This document shows positions 37,411-47,954 of a stretch of DNA of 64,000 bases, in pieces (positions within the stretch are counted from its first letter, which is position 1; each line of letters starts with the position of its first letter). Origin of the DNA: Vicugna vicugna (taxonomy: Eukaryota); assembly GCA_013265495.1 (NCBI GenBank), contig MU058718.1, positions 3,300,081 to 3,364,080 on the forward strand, written 5' to 3'. The notes beneath the pieces are model-generated. The model did not search any database, had not been told where the DNA came from, and worked only from the letters and a program-made list of their open reading frames with translations. The position numbers and the translations under genes are program-made.

Positions 37411-38363
37411 GTTTTTCCTCCTAATAGGCTTTTTAACAATTTGTTGCTTATTTAATATTTAGCAAGACCCTGAGGAGCAGGGCTATGGTAACAAATGAGT
37501 GTCTTCCAGACTTTTCTCCTAAATGGAGGAGTTAAGGTGATCCTGTATGACAATGATGCCTCAGAGAGTTAAGACTATAAGTATGTGTGATATTGTGAAG
37601 GAAAAACCCGGCTGGTCTAACAAGATAACTCACAAGTCTAGGAATGTGAAGGAGAGACTGGGATGGGCTAACAAGATAACTCACAAATCTAAGTATTGGA
37701 ATACTGATCTGAGTTCTGCTAGACTAACTTGTAAATCTAGGTTAATTAGTGTTGGTTTGCTGTTCATGTTTTTTGCTAGCCAGCTGGGTTTTCAAAGATA
37801 CACATCTGGCTTTGGAATGTTGGTTTGCTGCCTCCCTGCCTCCACTTTTGTGATGATAATGCTGCTAAAGCTGTTCCATGCCTATTGGCCGAATACCCCA
37901 AGCTTGTACTTTACCCTATAAAACCTCATGTGCACATCTACACATCTTGACTCAGAGCTTCAGAGCAGAAGCCCCTCTGAGCCCGCTGGCGTAATACATC
38001 TGAGTACTCCAACCCTCCGAGTGGTGCTTGTTTCTTGACTGGCCTGTCGTTTCCGTAACAATATAAAGGGCTTGCCCCTGAAGGGTCATTGAAGGCATAC
38101 AGGACATGCACTACAGGGCAACAGTTTTGTCTACTACCAATATCGTTAGTGGATAGTGAGACCCCTAAGTTAGGAAGCCCACCAAAGAGTGTGTCTGGCC
38201 TGGGAGACTTCAGCTTTTCTATAAATGAGGCAGGGGTTGCCAGCGGGGGTTCGAGGGGGGAGCGTAGTGTCCTACTTGGGTATCAGGATCATTATTTATA
38301 GGTGAATTCATTTTTAATTTCATTATAAAATTCATTATGTTTAGTATCAGAAAGTTCGAAAAG
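37411..38363 (-). other. Unidentified ~490-bp retroposed insert (37411-37593 plus 38065-38363), itself split by an LTR
   Basis: Flanked by near-duplicates taaagtctttt (37398-) and taaagcccttt (38364-); minus-strand ATTAAA about 35 nt before a short A tail. Confidence 0.55.
37594..38060 (+). mobile_element. Younger ERV1/gamma-type solo LTR
   Basis: TGTGAAGG...CGTAACA; perfect 4-bp TSD ATAT (37590-37593, 38061-38064); ATTGG 37884-37888; TATAAAA 37917-37923; ~51-bp U3 tandem duplication. Confidence 0.85.
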
Positions 38364-39029
38364 TAAAGCCCTTTTCTATTAACAGGAAACAGGGGACACA
38401 AAGGGGCTTTTGTACCTAGGAGTGCCCTGTGGGGAGCTCAGTTTCTCTGTCTGCAAACTGAAGAACCGGTATGCAGTAATTCAGTCCAAATCTGAAGGTC
38501 TAAGGATGGCGGTTGGAAAGATGAGAGGGGAGAGGGACTTACACCAGTCACTTACACTGGTGTAAGTCCAAAGGCCTGAGAACCAGAAGCTGCTTGTCTG
38601 AGGGCAGGAGAAGACAGACATATCATCTCAAGAAGAGAAAGAGAGAATTTGCTCTTCCTTCACCTTTTTGTTCTATTCAAGCCCTCAACGGATTGGATGA
38701 TGCCCCCTTGTCTTTAGTGAGGGCAGATTTTCTTTATTCAGTCTACCGATTCAAATGTTAATCTCTTCGGAAACACTCTCCTAGACACACCCAGGAATAC
38801 TGTTTTGCCAGCTATTTGGGCATCCCTTAGCCCAGTCAACACTTAAAATTAACCATCACAATGTCTTTATTTTTTAAGACTCTGCATCACTGGGGCTTTT
38901 ATCACAGCAACTCTGGCTTTTACCGTAAATACTGTAGTTATTACAAAGATTAGATACACATATTTTATATAGAGCTTAGAACAGTACCTGGCTTAACGAA
39001 AGCACTGTGTGCATTTAGCTAGTATTAGG

Positions 39030-39140
39030 CCCATTTTTTTTTCCATATGAAGACATTGAGGCCTAGATAGATTAAACAATTGACCCATGGTTATACTCAA
39101 AGTGTCAGAATTAGGATTTAAACTCAGGTCTATCTGCTAT
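39030..39140 (-). mobile_element. MIR fragment
   Basis: cccattttt..atgaagacattgaggcctaga...aggatttaaactcaggtct. Confidence 0.65.
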
Positions 39141-39914
39141 AGAATGATATATGAGTTTCAAAATATAAGTGTCTTTGTTACTTAAACAAGTTTCACACTT
39201 ACATGAAAATAACAAGCTCCTAACTGATATTGTCATCCCTGAGAATTTACATTTATTAGATTCCCTTGAAGGTTGGGAGAGGTCCTTTCTATTCTGGGCT
39301 TCCCTCATCCTCTTCCTAACGCTGAAATGAGTCATCATGGGAATAGGAAGTGGATGGCCTTGTCTCTAGAGTTGGGGTCCTGGGAGGTGATCATGAGAGA
39401 AGGAGTCTAAATCTCACTGAAAACGTTGTCCGTGGGGTTCAGCCAAGAAGGAGGAGAGTGAGGACAAACGGGCAAAGGGGTTTTAAGCCCAGATACCGGC
39501 TGACTGTCCCTCTTCAGATAAAGAGCAGATGAGGCACAGTGGAGACTGGGAAAGAGAAGGCTGAAAAGTAACAGTCACAACAGGGAATTTCAAACCTAGC
39601 ACAAAGACTCTTTCAGCCTTTGCCTCAATTGTATGTATATATTAATTTTTTCCCTCCATTTTAATAGTGAGATCTCCCTGTCATCTCCTTAGGGGAGGTA
39701 ATTCTTCTAGGTTAACAGCTTGTATCATTTCACTATATTCCATTTGCAAAGGATTTAGTCATTCAATGGTTCATTTGCTCAGGTTGACGACCTAATACCT
39801 ATGCAGGTCACTTCTCCAGGTTTGATTGCATCTGGGTCTCAGGTGCCTTCTGATGGACAGCTCTGCTGTACAGCAATAGTAGGGGCCTCCCTGATCACAA
39901 GGGAAGGAGAACCA

Positions 39915-40275
39915 GGCTTTACTGAGCACCCACTATGTGCTTGACATTTTAAGCATATAATTTTCTTTACTTTTACTAACTCAATGACATTTTATTATCC
40001 CAGTTCACAGATGAGAAACTCAAAGTTTAAAGAGGTTACATAACTTATCCAAGATCATAAATTTAGCAAGTGACAGACCTGGTGTTCAAGCTCAACCCTC
40101 TCTAACTCCAAAGTCTATGTCCTCCACCCTCCTCCATGCATACACCCCGAGGATGCTGCTATTCAGACTGAACTGAATTTCCTCTATAAAATGGGGGTGA
40201 TAAAGCTACTCACCTCATGTAACTAGATAAAATGAAAGAATCTATGCACTTAGCACAGTGCCTGGCACACCTAGG
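39915..40275. mobile_element. MIR (minus, ~39915-40120) and MIR fragment (plus, ~40170-40275)
   Basis: tttactgagcacccactatgtgc...acagatgagaaact; tataaaatggggg..gcacttagcacagtgcctggcaca. Confidence 0.75.
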
Positions 40276-42389
40276 ACTAATCCTTCTTTTGGCGTTCAAA
40301 TTTAAAGTATTCTTTTGTGTCTGTCTCATAGGAGAAAACATGGAACATTGCTTCAGTGGCAGTTTCTTCTAGTTTTTCAAGCACTTGTGTAGTAGCAACT
40401 GGTTCAAAATAGATATGTGAAAACATGTAAACATTTTCTGTGTGTGACCACAGATAGAGTTTTAATGGCAGTTCATTTTCCACTGAGATCTGTGATCTGG
40501 TTGGTCAGCTTGGCCAGCTGCCCTGAGCTGTGAGTGGACACTTGGGCTAATTGCTCCGTATAGTAGTAAAATGTAGATCATCTGAAAACCAAAAAATAAT
40601 GTGGCAATTGACTTTTCTTGGTTGCTGCAGAAGGTTAACAAAAGCAAGTGGGTGGGAGTTACAGAAAGACAGACTCTAACAATATTTAGAGAGAGCAGTC
40701 CGATGTCAGATGTTTCTTCAGGAAGTAAAGTTCACTGGACCTGTCCAAGCCGCTGGGGAGACCACGTGAAGTAGGTCGCATGTGACAGCATCCTCTGCCG
40801 GGCCAGACAGCAGACTGCAATGTCTCATCCAGTCTCTTGGCCACGTTTATTGCTTTTTTTCTAGTTTGGGGAGAACAGTTCTATTTCCTTCCTGGGTAAT
40901 TTCAGGACATCTTAACCTTGAAATGTATATGAATTATGCTTGATTGAAGACTGTTTTCTGCTTCAAAAGCCACTTTTCCCATTTGTCTTTCCCTGCACCT
41001 TTTGAGGGGAGAATCGTAGTGAGCATCTGCTCCCAGATTTCTGTCCTGCCCTCCAGCTATGAAGAACACCCCCGTTGCCGTGGGGGCGGGAGGCTTGGCT
41101 CTCCTTTTAGAAATTCCCTTCTGTGCTGCACTAATCACACCCTCGGTACATTTTACATCTTATTTTTAGGAGCAAAGTAGAAAGAGTCCTAGCGCCAACA
41201 GCAGTTTCTGTGGCAACCTGCATCGCCCCCTTGCTTGTCCAGCTGCGCAGAGTTAATTTCTAAAAGAAGCCATTTTCCATCATGTAATGGAGATCCATAG
41301 TGAAGGTGCTTTATAAGTGCAGGTTTTCTTCTAAGTGGGAACCAGCCAGGAATTAGGTTGGGGGGTGGGTGGGCTGGTGAATAAAAGAAACGGAACGTTT
41401 ACTTAGAACTAGAACTCTTACAAAGTCCCAGGTGTTCACAGGCATGCCCTAGTTGCCCTGATTTTTCCCCCACTGGGCATCCTTTTCAACACAGAAATAG
41501 CATTTAGACCAGTGAAAACTAGGTTTGAATATTTATATCTGAGGAGTTTGTTGTTAAGTCTCTTTCCTCCTCCACCCCCTCATAAGGTCTTCCTGTATAA
41601 CCTTCCAGGCTCGACTAGATTATAAAGTGACATGCTTTTCGTGTTCATCTCAAATAGCTCTTTCAAGCCAACTCTCTAAGCTTCCAACAGGCAGAGTCCC
41701 TGTGGGCCAGGGTGGAGGGTGAGCCTATAAAAGCTGTGCCCTGAGAATGTGATTCGCAGGACACTGAGAGACCACCCATCCAAAATAATCTCTGAGGCTG
41801 TGTCATGTCCCAGGTTATCTTAATAACCACCTCTTTGTGTTGTCATTTGTTTCTATCTGATTCTGGGAAATGGCACATATGCTTCTGGGAGGAATAACGT
41901 ATCATAATCGAAGTTATATTTTATATTGCACTTGCTTCTAGGAAAACATGATGTGGCCCATAATTAAAAAGACATTTCTCCTAAGACTATTAGTAGAAAG
42001 ACCACAGAAAATTAAAAAGCAGATATGCCCAAACCTAGACTATGCTTAAACATTGATTGAACTCCAAGTTTCTGAATGTCAAATGATTTTTTAATTATGA
42101 TTTATTATATGATAATCATCTGCTAAAAGAAAAGACACCAGTTTGTCAGGAGAGAGACATATTTCTGACACTCAGTTCTTAAAAGGGACCCTTCTATGTC
42201 AGAAACAGAAGAATGAACTTTTTTCCAACAGTAATTTAGGAAAAGATGCAAAATCATTCTTCACCTGACCATTTATGATATTGACCTTTGATAAAATCTA
42301 GGTTAGAACCTCAAATTTAAACTCAGTGAGGCTACCAATGTAATGTATTAAAAGCATTTTACAATCAAATACACTTTATCCTTGAATTT

Positions 42390-42520
42390 TTTTTCCCTCT
42401 CCATTGGATGTGGATTCATCAAAGGCAGGGGACACATTTTATCCATCTTGGTATCCTCAGTGCCTAACACAATAGCTTACATACAGGTGACAATTAAGAC
42501 ACATTTATTGAATGAACTGA
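42390..42520 (+). mobile_element. L2 3' end
   Basis: ggcaggggac...gtatcctcagtgcctaacacaatagc...atttattgaatgaa. Confidence 0.7.
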
Positions 42521-43660
42521 TAATAATACCAGTTCTTCAAAGTATTACCTCTAATATCCCTGAAAAATTCTCCCCGGCACTGGATTTAAAGAGTGTTACT
42601 CTCTCTAATGGGGATCTGAGAGAGGAGGCAAAGTATCATCTCCACATCTCCATCCCCCTCACCGTGCCTGCCCCAGCAGCTGCTCAGCTCACGTCAGCAT
42701 CCTCTTCTTTGGCTCCGTAGATAATTGGGGAGTTTGTGCCACCTTCCCTGGTAGAAGTGGTTGAGGCTGGGGAGATGACATCATTACAGGTGCCAGCATT
42801 TGGAGGCAGTCTGGCCAAGTGCCTCTGAAAGAAGGCATGACCAAGACTGGAGTGAGTGACAAGAATGCTAGCCTGCTCCTTCCCACAGCACGAAAGCAGA
42901 GCAAGCTCAGAGAAGCTCAAAGACTGACAGCTTCGTTACAATTTCTGCTCTTGGGGAGCCCCAGAGAGTGAGAATTTCTCTTTGACCCATCACTTCTCTC
43001 TAGTGGTAAGAGCTCCGTAAGATACTTAAGCACACAATTTTGTATTAAATGTAAGGGAATGGTAGAGTCAACAGTATGTACCAGTCAGATGATTTACAAG
43101 CACTTGACCCCATTCAGCTGAAGTTGGCATGTGTTCTTTGGTGGAACCTACTTATACGTCACGTCTACCTCTCCTACAGCCACGTTGCTCTAAGCACAGT
43201 TCACCGAGGGCCCTTTGGATCACTGAAGGAGCAAGGCTGCTTTCCCTCAGCCTCTTCCTTTTCAGCTGAAATGGTTTCTGATTCTCATAGTCAGCTTACT
43301 AACAGCTGCCTGGAATTCTGCACACAGAATTTCTTGAAAGTAAAGTTCTTCCTTTCCTGGGAAAATTCTGTCCACACCAACTCCCTTCTGTTGTTGCTCC
43401 TCTAAGATTCTCCTACTCTTTATCAAAATGCCCTAAATTTCTGAACAATTCCAGGCTTGACTCATTGTCTTACCTGACGAATGTTAACATATTTAGTGGA
43501 GGACTTTAGCCCACTCACATTTATTTTAACCACCAGTATATTTAGTCATATTCCTGACTTTATATTTTAAATTCTCTTTTTCATGATTTCCTAGTTGCTG
43601 TTGTTTCTCCTCTTTCCTAACTTGTACTGGATGAAGTTTTCTGTTTCTTTCCCTCTACAG

Positions 43661-43900
43661 CAGGGACAGTTTTTCTATCATGGGCCAGATAACAGATATT
43701 TCAGTCTCTGTGGGCCATACGGTCTCTGTCACAACTCCTCAGTTCTGATGTTATGGTGTGAAGCAGCCAGACGCAGTACACAAAGGAATGAGCATGGCTG
43801 TGTTTCAATAAAACTTTGTTTACAAAAAAGAAAAACAACTTTATTTACAAAACAAGCAGCAGGTCAGATTTGGCCTGTGGCCATAATTTACTAAACCTTG
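43661..43900 (+). mobile_element. MER58A-like hAT MITE
   Basis: gggccagata...tgggccatacggtctctgtcacaact...ggctgtgtttcaataaaactt...gatttggcctgtggcc. Confidence 0.85.
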
Positions 43901-43930
43901 TCATAGAAGATTAGAAGTTCTACATCCTTC

Positions 43931-44053
43931 TTTTTCTTTTTTTTGGTTTTGTTTTGAGATGTTTGTTTGTTTTTGTTAGTAGAGGTACTGGGACTGAACC
44001 CAAATCTTATGCATGCCAAGCACATATTCTACCACTGAGCTATACCCCACCCC
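43931..44053 (-). mobile_element. Camelid tRNA-derived SINE (Vic-1-like)
   Basis: gaggtactgggactgaaccc...ctaccactgagctatacccc; T-rich tail; 11-bp TSD ctacatccttc (43920-43930, 44054-44064). Confidence 0.85.
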
Positions 44054-44139
44054 CTACATCCTTCATTTTTAACAAACACCCCTTGCATTTATTCAACTAT
44101 ACACTCAACTTCTATGAAGGATAATCTAGACAAATATGA

Positions 44140-44530
44140 CTTAAACAAGATAGATTATTTCTCTATTTATATATGAGCAGTCAGGGGCTGGTTTGGCAAT
44201 ACCAGAGTTTTGGGACCCTAGAATTCTATCTTGTTGGTCTTTATCACTAGGTGTTGCCCTCACCTGTACCTACATCCTCATCCACATTTCAGCCAGTGGG
44301 GTTAGGGGGATGGGAAGTGGAGGGCATGCCCCATTTCTTTAGAAGGCATAGCCTGAAGGTGCACAAATCACTTCTGCCTGCATCCTTTTGATTAGAAGTT
44401 TGTCATAAGTCACACCTGGCTTATAAGGGAGTCTGGGATATGTAGAGAAACTAGGAGGCTATAAATCCTGTGACTGTGGAAGACGGGGGAGGATAGATAT
44501 TCGGAGGCATCAAGCAGTCTCTGCTATAAC
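44140..44530 (-). mobile_element. MaLR LTR (MLT1J-like)
   Basis: catccacatttcagccag...atcacttctgcctgcatcc...gtcacacctggc..agggagtctggga. Confidence 0.65.
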
Positions 44531-45584
44531 TAGAACTTTGAATTTCTGATTTGCTTCGAAGATCAATTCGAATCTATAACCCCTCATCCAATCAAAACAA
44601 AACCTTTAGCGGATATTAAAATCCAGTTATGTTTTTACTGCTATCATCTCCCTGGATCCAGGTTCTTCTCACTCCCATGGCAGTTTTTGGTGCTCCACAC
44701 CCCTTTTTTAATAGCTGTCACTGCTTTATCAATGATCAATTCCTACAATCTGACCTCCAAACTTTCAAGACAATTATTCCACACATCTTTCTCTCTCTTT
44801 TTCATGGAATAAGAAGAAGCAGAACAAGGGAAGGGCTTAATATCTTTGCTTAGAAAGACCTGGGTTTTAATTACTATAATTTACATCTAAGTTTTGTGTT
44901 TAGCGGTGGACAATGTAAAATGAAATATCTGCTAATGAGACAGGACATTAAGTGAAGGAATGCCCTCCCCACACAACATGTCAGTGAATTAATTGCCTGC
45001 TGTGGTATCTCTTCTGAGAGCCTCAGTTATCATCCCCCTTAATGAATAATTCTCCATTCGTATGTATGGGTATCTGACAGTTTGTTTACATGCACACTGG
45101 GAAGAAAAGCCAAAATTATTTGGCTTGGCATCAAAAACTGCCTCTATTTTCGTTGTCTGCAGTGCTCTGATTCAATGCATTTTAATAAGTTGTTAACAAT
45201 GCATGAATTTGAGTCAGAGGAACTAGAGGAAAGGCTGGGATGACACACACTTATTATAGGATATAAAAGGATGAGACGTCATCTATTGTTTGCCACGCCA
45301 ACAGCCTTTAAGTTAATGCCCTTTCTCCTTCAGAACTGTTCTCATTACGACAGGGCATGAGCAACTTGGCATGATTTGGTGTGTTCCCTTAAGAGGTTTT
45401 AACTCTAAAGTCATGCTTGAGTTAATCTCCCAAGTTATATGTCACCCAGATTTTATCATCTTTTTTCAAGGTCCAGACTTTGGAAGGCTTCTCCCCAGAC
45501 GGTCATTAGGCATTTGTAGTTCATCATGTAGGATATATCTTGACCCATGCAAAGCCAAACAAGAAGTGCAATACTGTTTTCTTT

Positions 45585-46782
45585 CTTTTTTTTTTTGGCA
45601 TAAGATTATTGTTTATTGGTTTATTTTTTTAATTGAAGTATAGTTGGTTTACAATATTGTGTTAATTTCTGGGGTACAGCATAGTGATTCAGTTATACAT
45701 ATATATGTATTCCTTTTCATATTCTTTTTCATTATAGGCTATTACAAGATACTGAATATAGTTCACTGTGCTATATAGTACAGGACCTTGTTGTTTATCT
45801 ATTTTATATATAGTAGTTAGTTTCTGCAAATCCCAAGCTCCCAGTTTATCTCTCCACCACCCCTCAACCCTGTTTTCCCCCTAGTAACCATAAGTTTGTT
45901 TTCTATGTCTGTGAGTCTGTTTCAGTTTTGTGAATAAGTTCATTTGTGTTAATTTTTACATTCCACATTTAAGTGATATCATATGATATTTGTCTTTCTC
46001 TTTCTGGCTTGCTTCACTTAGTATGACAATTTTCAGGTCCATCGATGTTGCTGCAAATGGCATTATTTCATTGTTTTTTTTAAGGCTGAGTAGTTTCCAT
46101 TGTGTATATATATATATACATGCATATATATATATACCACAACTTCTTTATCCTATCCTCTGTCGATGGACATTTAGGTTGGTTCCATGTGTTGGCTATT
46201 GTAAATAGTGCTGCTATGAACACTGGGGTGCATGTATCTTTTTGAATTAGGGTTTCCTCCAGATATATGCCCAGGACTGGGACTGCTGAATCATATGGTA
46301 CTTCTATTTTTAGTTTTTTAAAGGATTCTCATACTGTTTTCATTAATGGCTGCACCAAACAGCATAAGCTTTGGCATAGCAAAGGAAACTGAAAAAGAAA
46401 AAGAAAAAAAAAAGAAAAAGAAAAGACAACCTACAGAATGGGAGAAAATATATGCAGATGATGCAACTGACAAGGGCTTAAGTTCCAGAATATACACACA
46501 GCTCATACAACTCAATAAACAAACAAACAAACAAACACAAAACCCGCCAACCCCCCAAATGAGCAGAGGACCTAAACAAACATTTTTCCAGTGAAGACAT
46601 ATAAATGGCCAATAGATACATGAAAAAAAATGCTCAATAACTCTAATTATCAGAGAAATGCAAATCAAAACTACAGTGAGGTATCACCTCACACCAGTCA
46701 GAATGGCCATCATTCAAAAATCCACAAATGACAAATGCTGGTGAGGCTGTGGAGAAAAGGGAGCCCTCCTACACTGTTGGAG
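45585..46782 (-). mobile_element. Lineage-specific L1 with 5' inversion (minus ~45585-46359; plus ~46360-46782)
   Basis: Minus-strand 3'UTR followed by plus-strand ORF2 tail (KRQPTEWEKIYADDATDKGL); ~17-bp TSD gcaatactgttttcttt / gcaatattattttcttt (45568-45584, 46783-46799). Confidence 0.9.
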
Positions 46783-47704
46783 GCAATATTATTTTCTTTA
46801 GAGGCTGGAGTAATTCCTTTTTCTGCTTTTTCCGCTTATCCTCCTGCTCTTTGGCTTACAATGTTGAACCAACAATGAAATAAAGTAAAATTTTAAAGCA
46901 TTGGAGTATTTTAATTTTTTTAAGAAATGAAAAAGTAATTTGGACTCTCTCATTTAAGTCTTACTGAGTAGTCCTTATAATCAGGGACAAACCTGTATTT
47001 TAAGCTGCCTGCAGTTTCTTCCTGCTGCTAGAGGTAGAATTTGAAGTTTAAGTTGCCAGAACTGAAAACCTGCTATCTGGGGGCCACCTCACTAATTTCT
47101 GCATGTTAAAATGGGGACAGAATCTATTCTACAGGCAAGCCCTTTTTAGGTTTTGCCTTTCAATAGATGTAAAGCAAATAATTTCACATTAATTTGGGGA
47201 AAGCCCCCGAACCAATGAAATAATACAAATATAGATGCCTCAGACCAAAATTTAGGGCTGTATAAACTACACTTTGGTTAATATGTTGCCCATTAATTGC
47301 TGTGATTGCCATGCAGTGGAGGAGGTGGGGCATCAGACCAGACTGAGTTTCCCCCTGTCAGTCATACTAGGGTGGAAAAAAGAAAGATGGACTTTGGACA
47401 GAGGGAAAGGGAACTCTTTCTCTGAATGGCTGAGAGAGATGGGGAACCAGGCTCTTGGAGAAAGAACATGGCAGGTGCTATTCGTGGGGCATAAACAGGT
47501 GCCTGTATATAGTGGCAGGTCTGGAGAAATGACCTGTAGGGGACCTCTGTGAAGAGGCATGGTCCATGGGCTCTACTTAACTTCTTTAGCCCCAAATTTC
47601 CCAAATTTATTCAAGTAAGGAATCCTGCTGTTGCATAACACTTGCTAATATTTCACAGAATATTTTTCTGAATACACCATGGGAAATAGTGTTAGTCAGA
47701 CATC

Positions 47705-47876
47705 CTCCTAGCATGCATTGGAATCATGCAGATGGCTTGTTGGAACACAGATTGCTGGCCCCACTCCCAAAGTTTCAGATTTAGTAAGTCTGGGGTGGGC
47801 CTGAGGATTTGCATTTCTAACAAGTTCCTGGGTACATACTGATACTGCTGGGTCCAGGAACCACACTTTGAGAATG
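47705..47876. mobile_element. MER5-like hAT MITE
   Basis: cagattgctggccccactccca..tctggggtgggcctgaggatttgcatttctaacaagttcc..ccacactttgagaa. Confidence 0.85.
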
Positions 47877-47954
47877 AATCATATACTGAAATTGTCTGAT
47901 TCCTTCTTTCTCTTTCTAGAGTAACACATGTCACATCAAGAAATAGTCACTGAA

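Larger units (their letters stand above)
36806..38446 (-). mobile_element. ERV1-class LTR split into 36806-37410 and 38364-38446
   Basis: aaagccaatctac...aaaagacccaaactcccc..gctttcagggaagagtttttaaagg; continuity cctaggagactaaag | aacaggaaacaggggacacaaagg..ctcagtttc. Confidence 0.75.
36703..38860 (-). mobile_element. MLT2 (ERVL) LTR split into 36703-36805 and ~38447-38860
   Basis: tgtgttaggattctcc.agaaacagagccaatagga ... aaaattaaccatcaca; 5-bp TSD gtgtc/atgtc (36698-36702, 38861-38865). Confidence 0.85.
36325..38932 (+). mobile_element. MaLR LTR (MLT1J-like) split into ~36325-36702 and 38861-38932
   Basis: accagtggaatgaaagcagaag..agcctgggctcatgggtgactctgtgaagcaga..gagaaat | ttttaagactctgc..ggggcttttatcacagca. 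Confidence 0.65.
36155..39025 (+). mobile_element. MIR split into ~36155-36325 and ~38935-39025 (outermost layer of nest)
   Basis: MIR core ggttcaaattctggc..ccttggacaagttacttaacc..tctgtaaaatgg; tail gcttagaacagtacctggc after 38935. Confidence 0.7.

Noticed and set aside
37594..37694. Direct repeats as a CRISPR-like array
   Set aside because: Only two adjacent copies with no spacers, inside an LTR U3, in mammalian DNA.
38219..38330. Faint resemblance of the unidentified insert (MNS...PRWQPL, SLNSL) to bornavirus matrix protein
   Set aside because: Only a few scattered residues with inconsistent spacing; not supportable without a database search.
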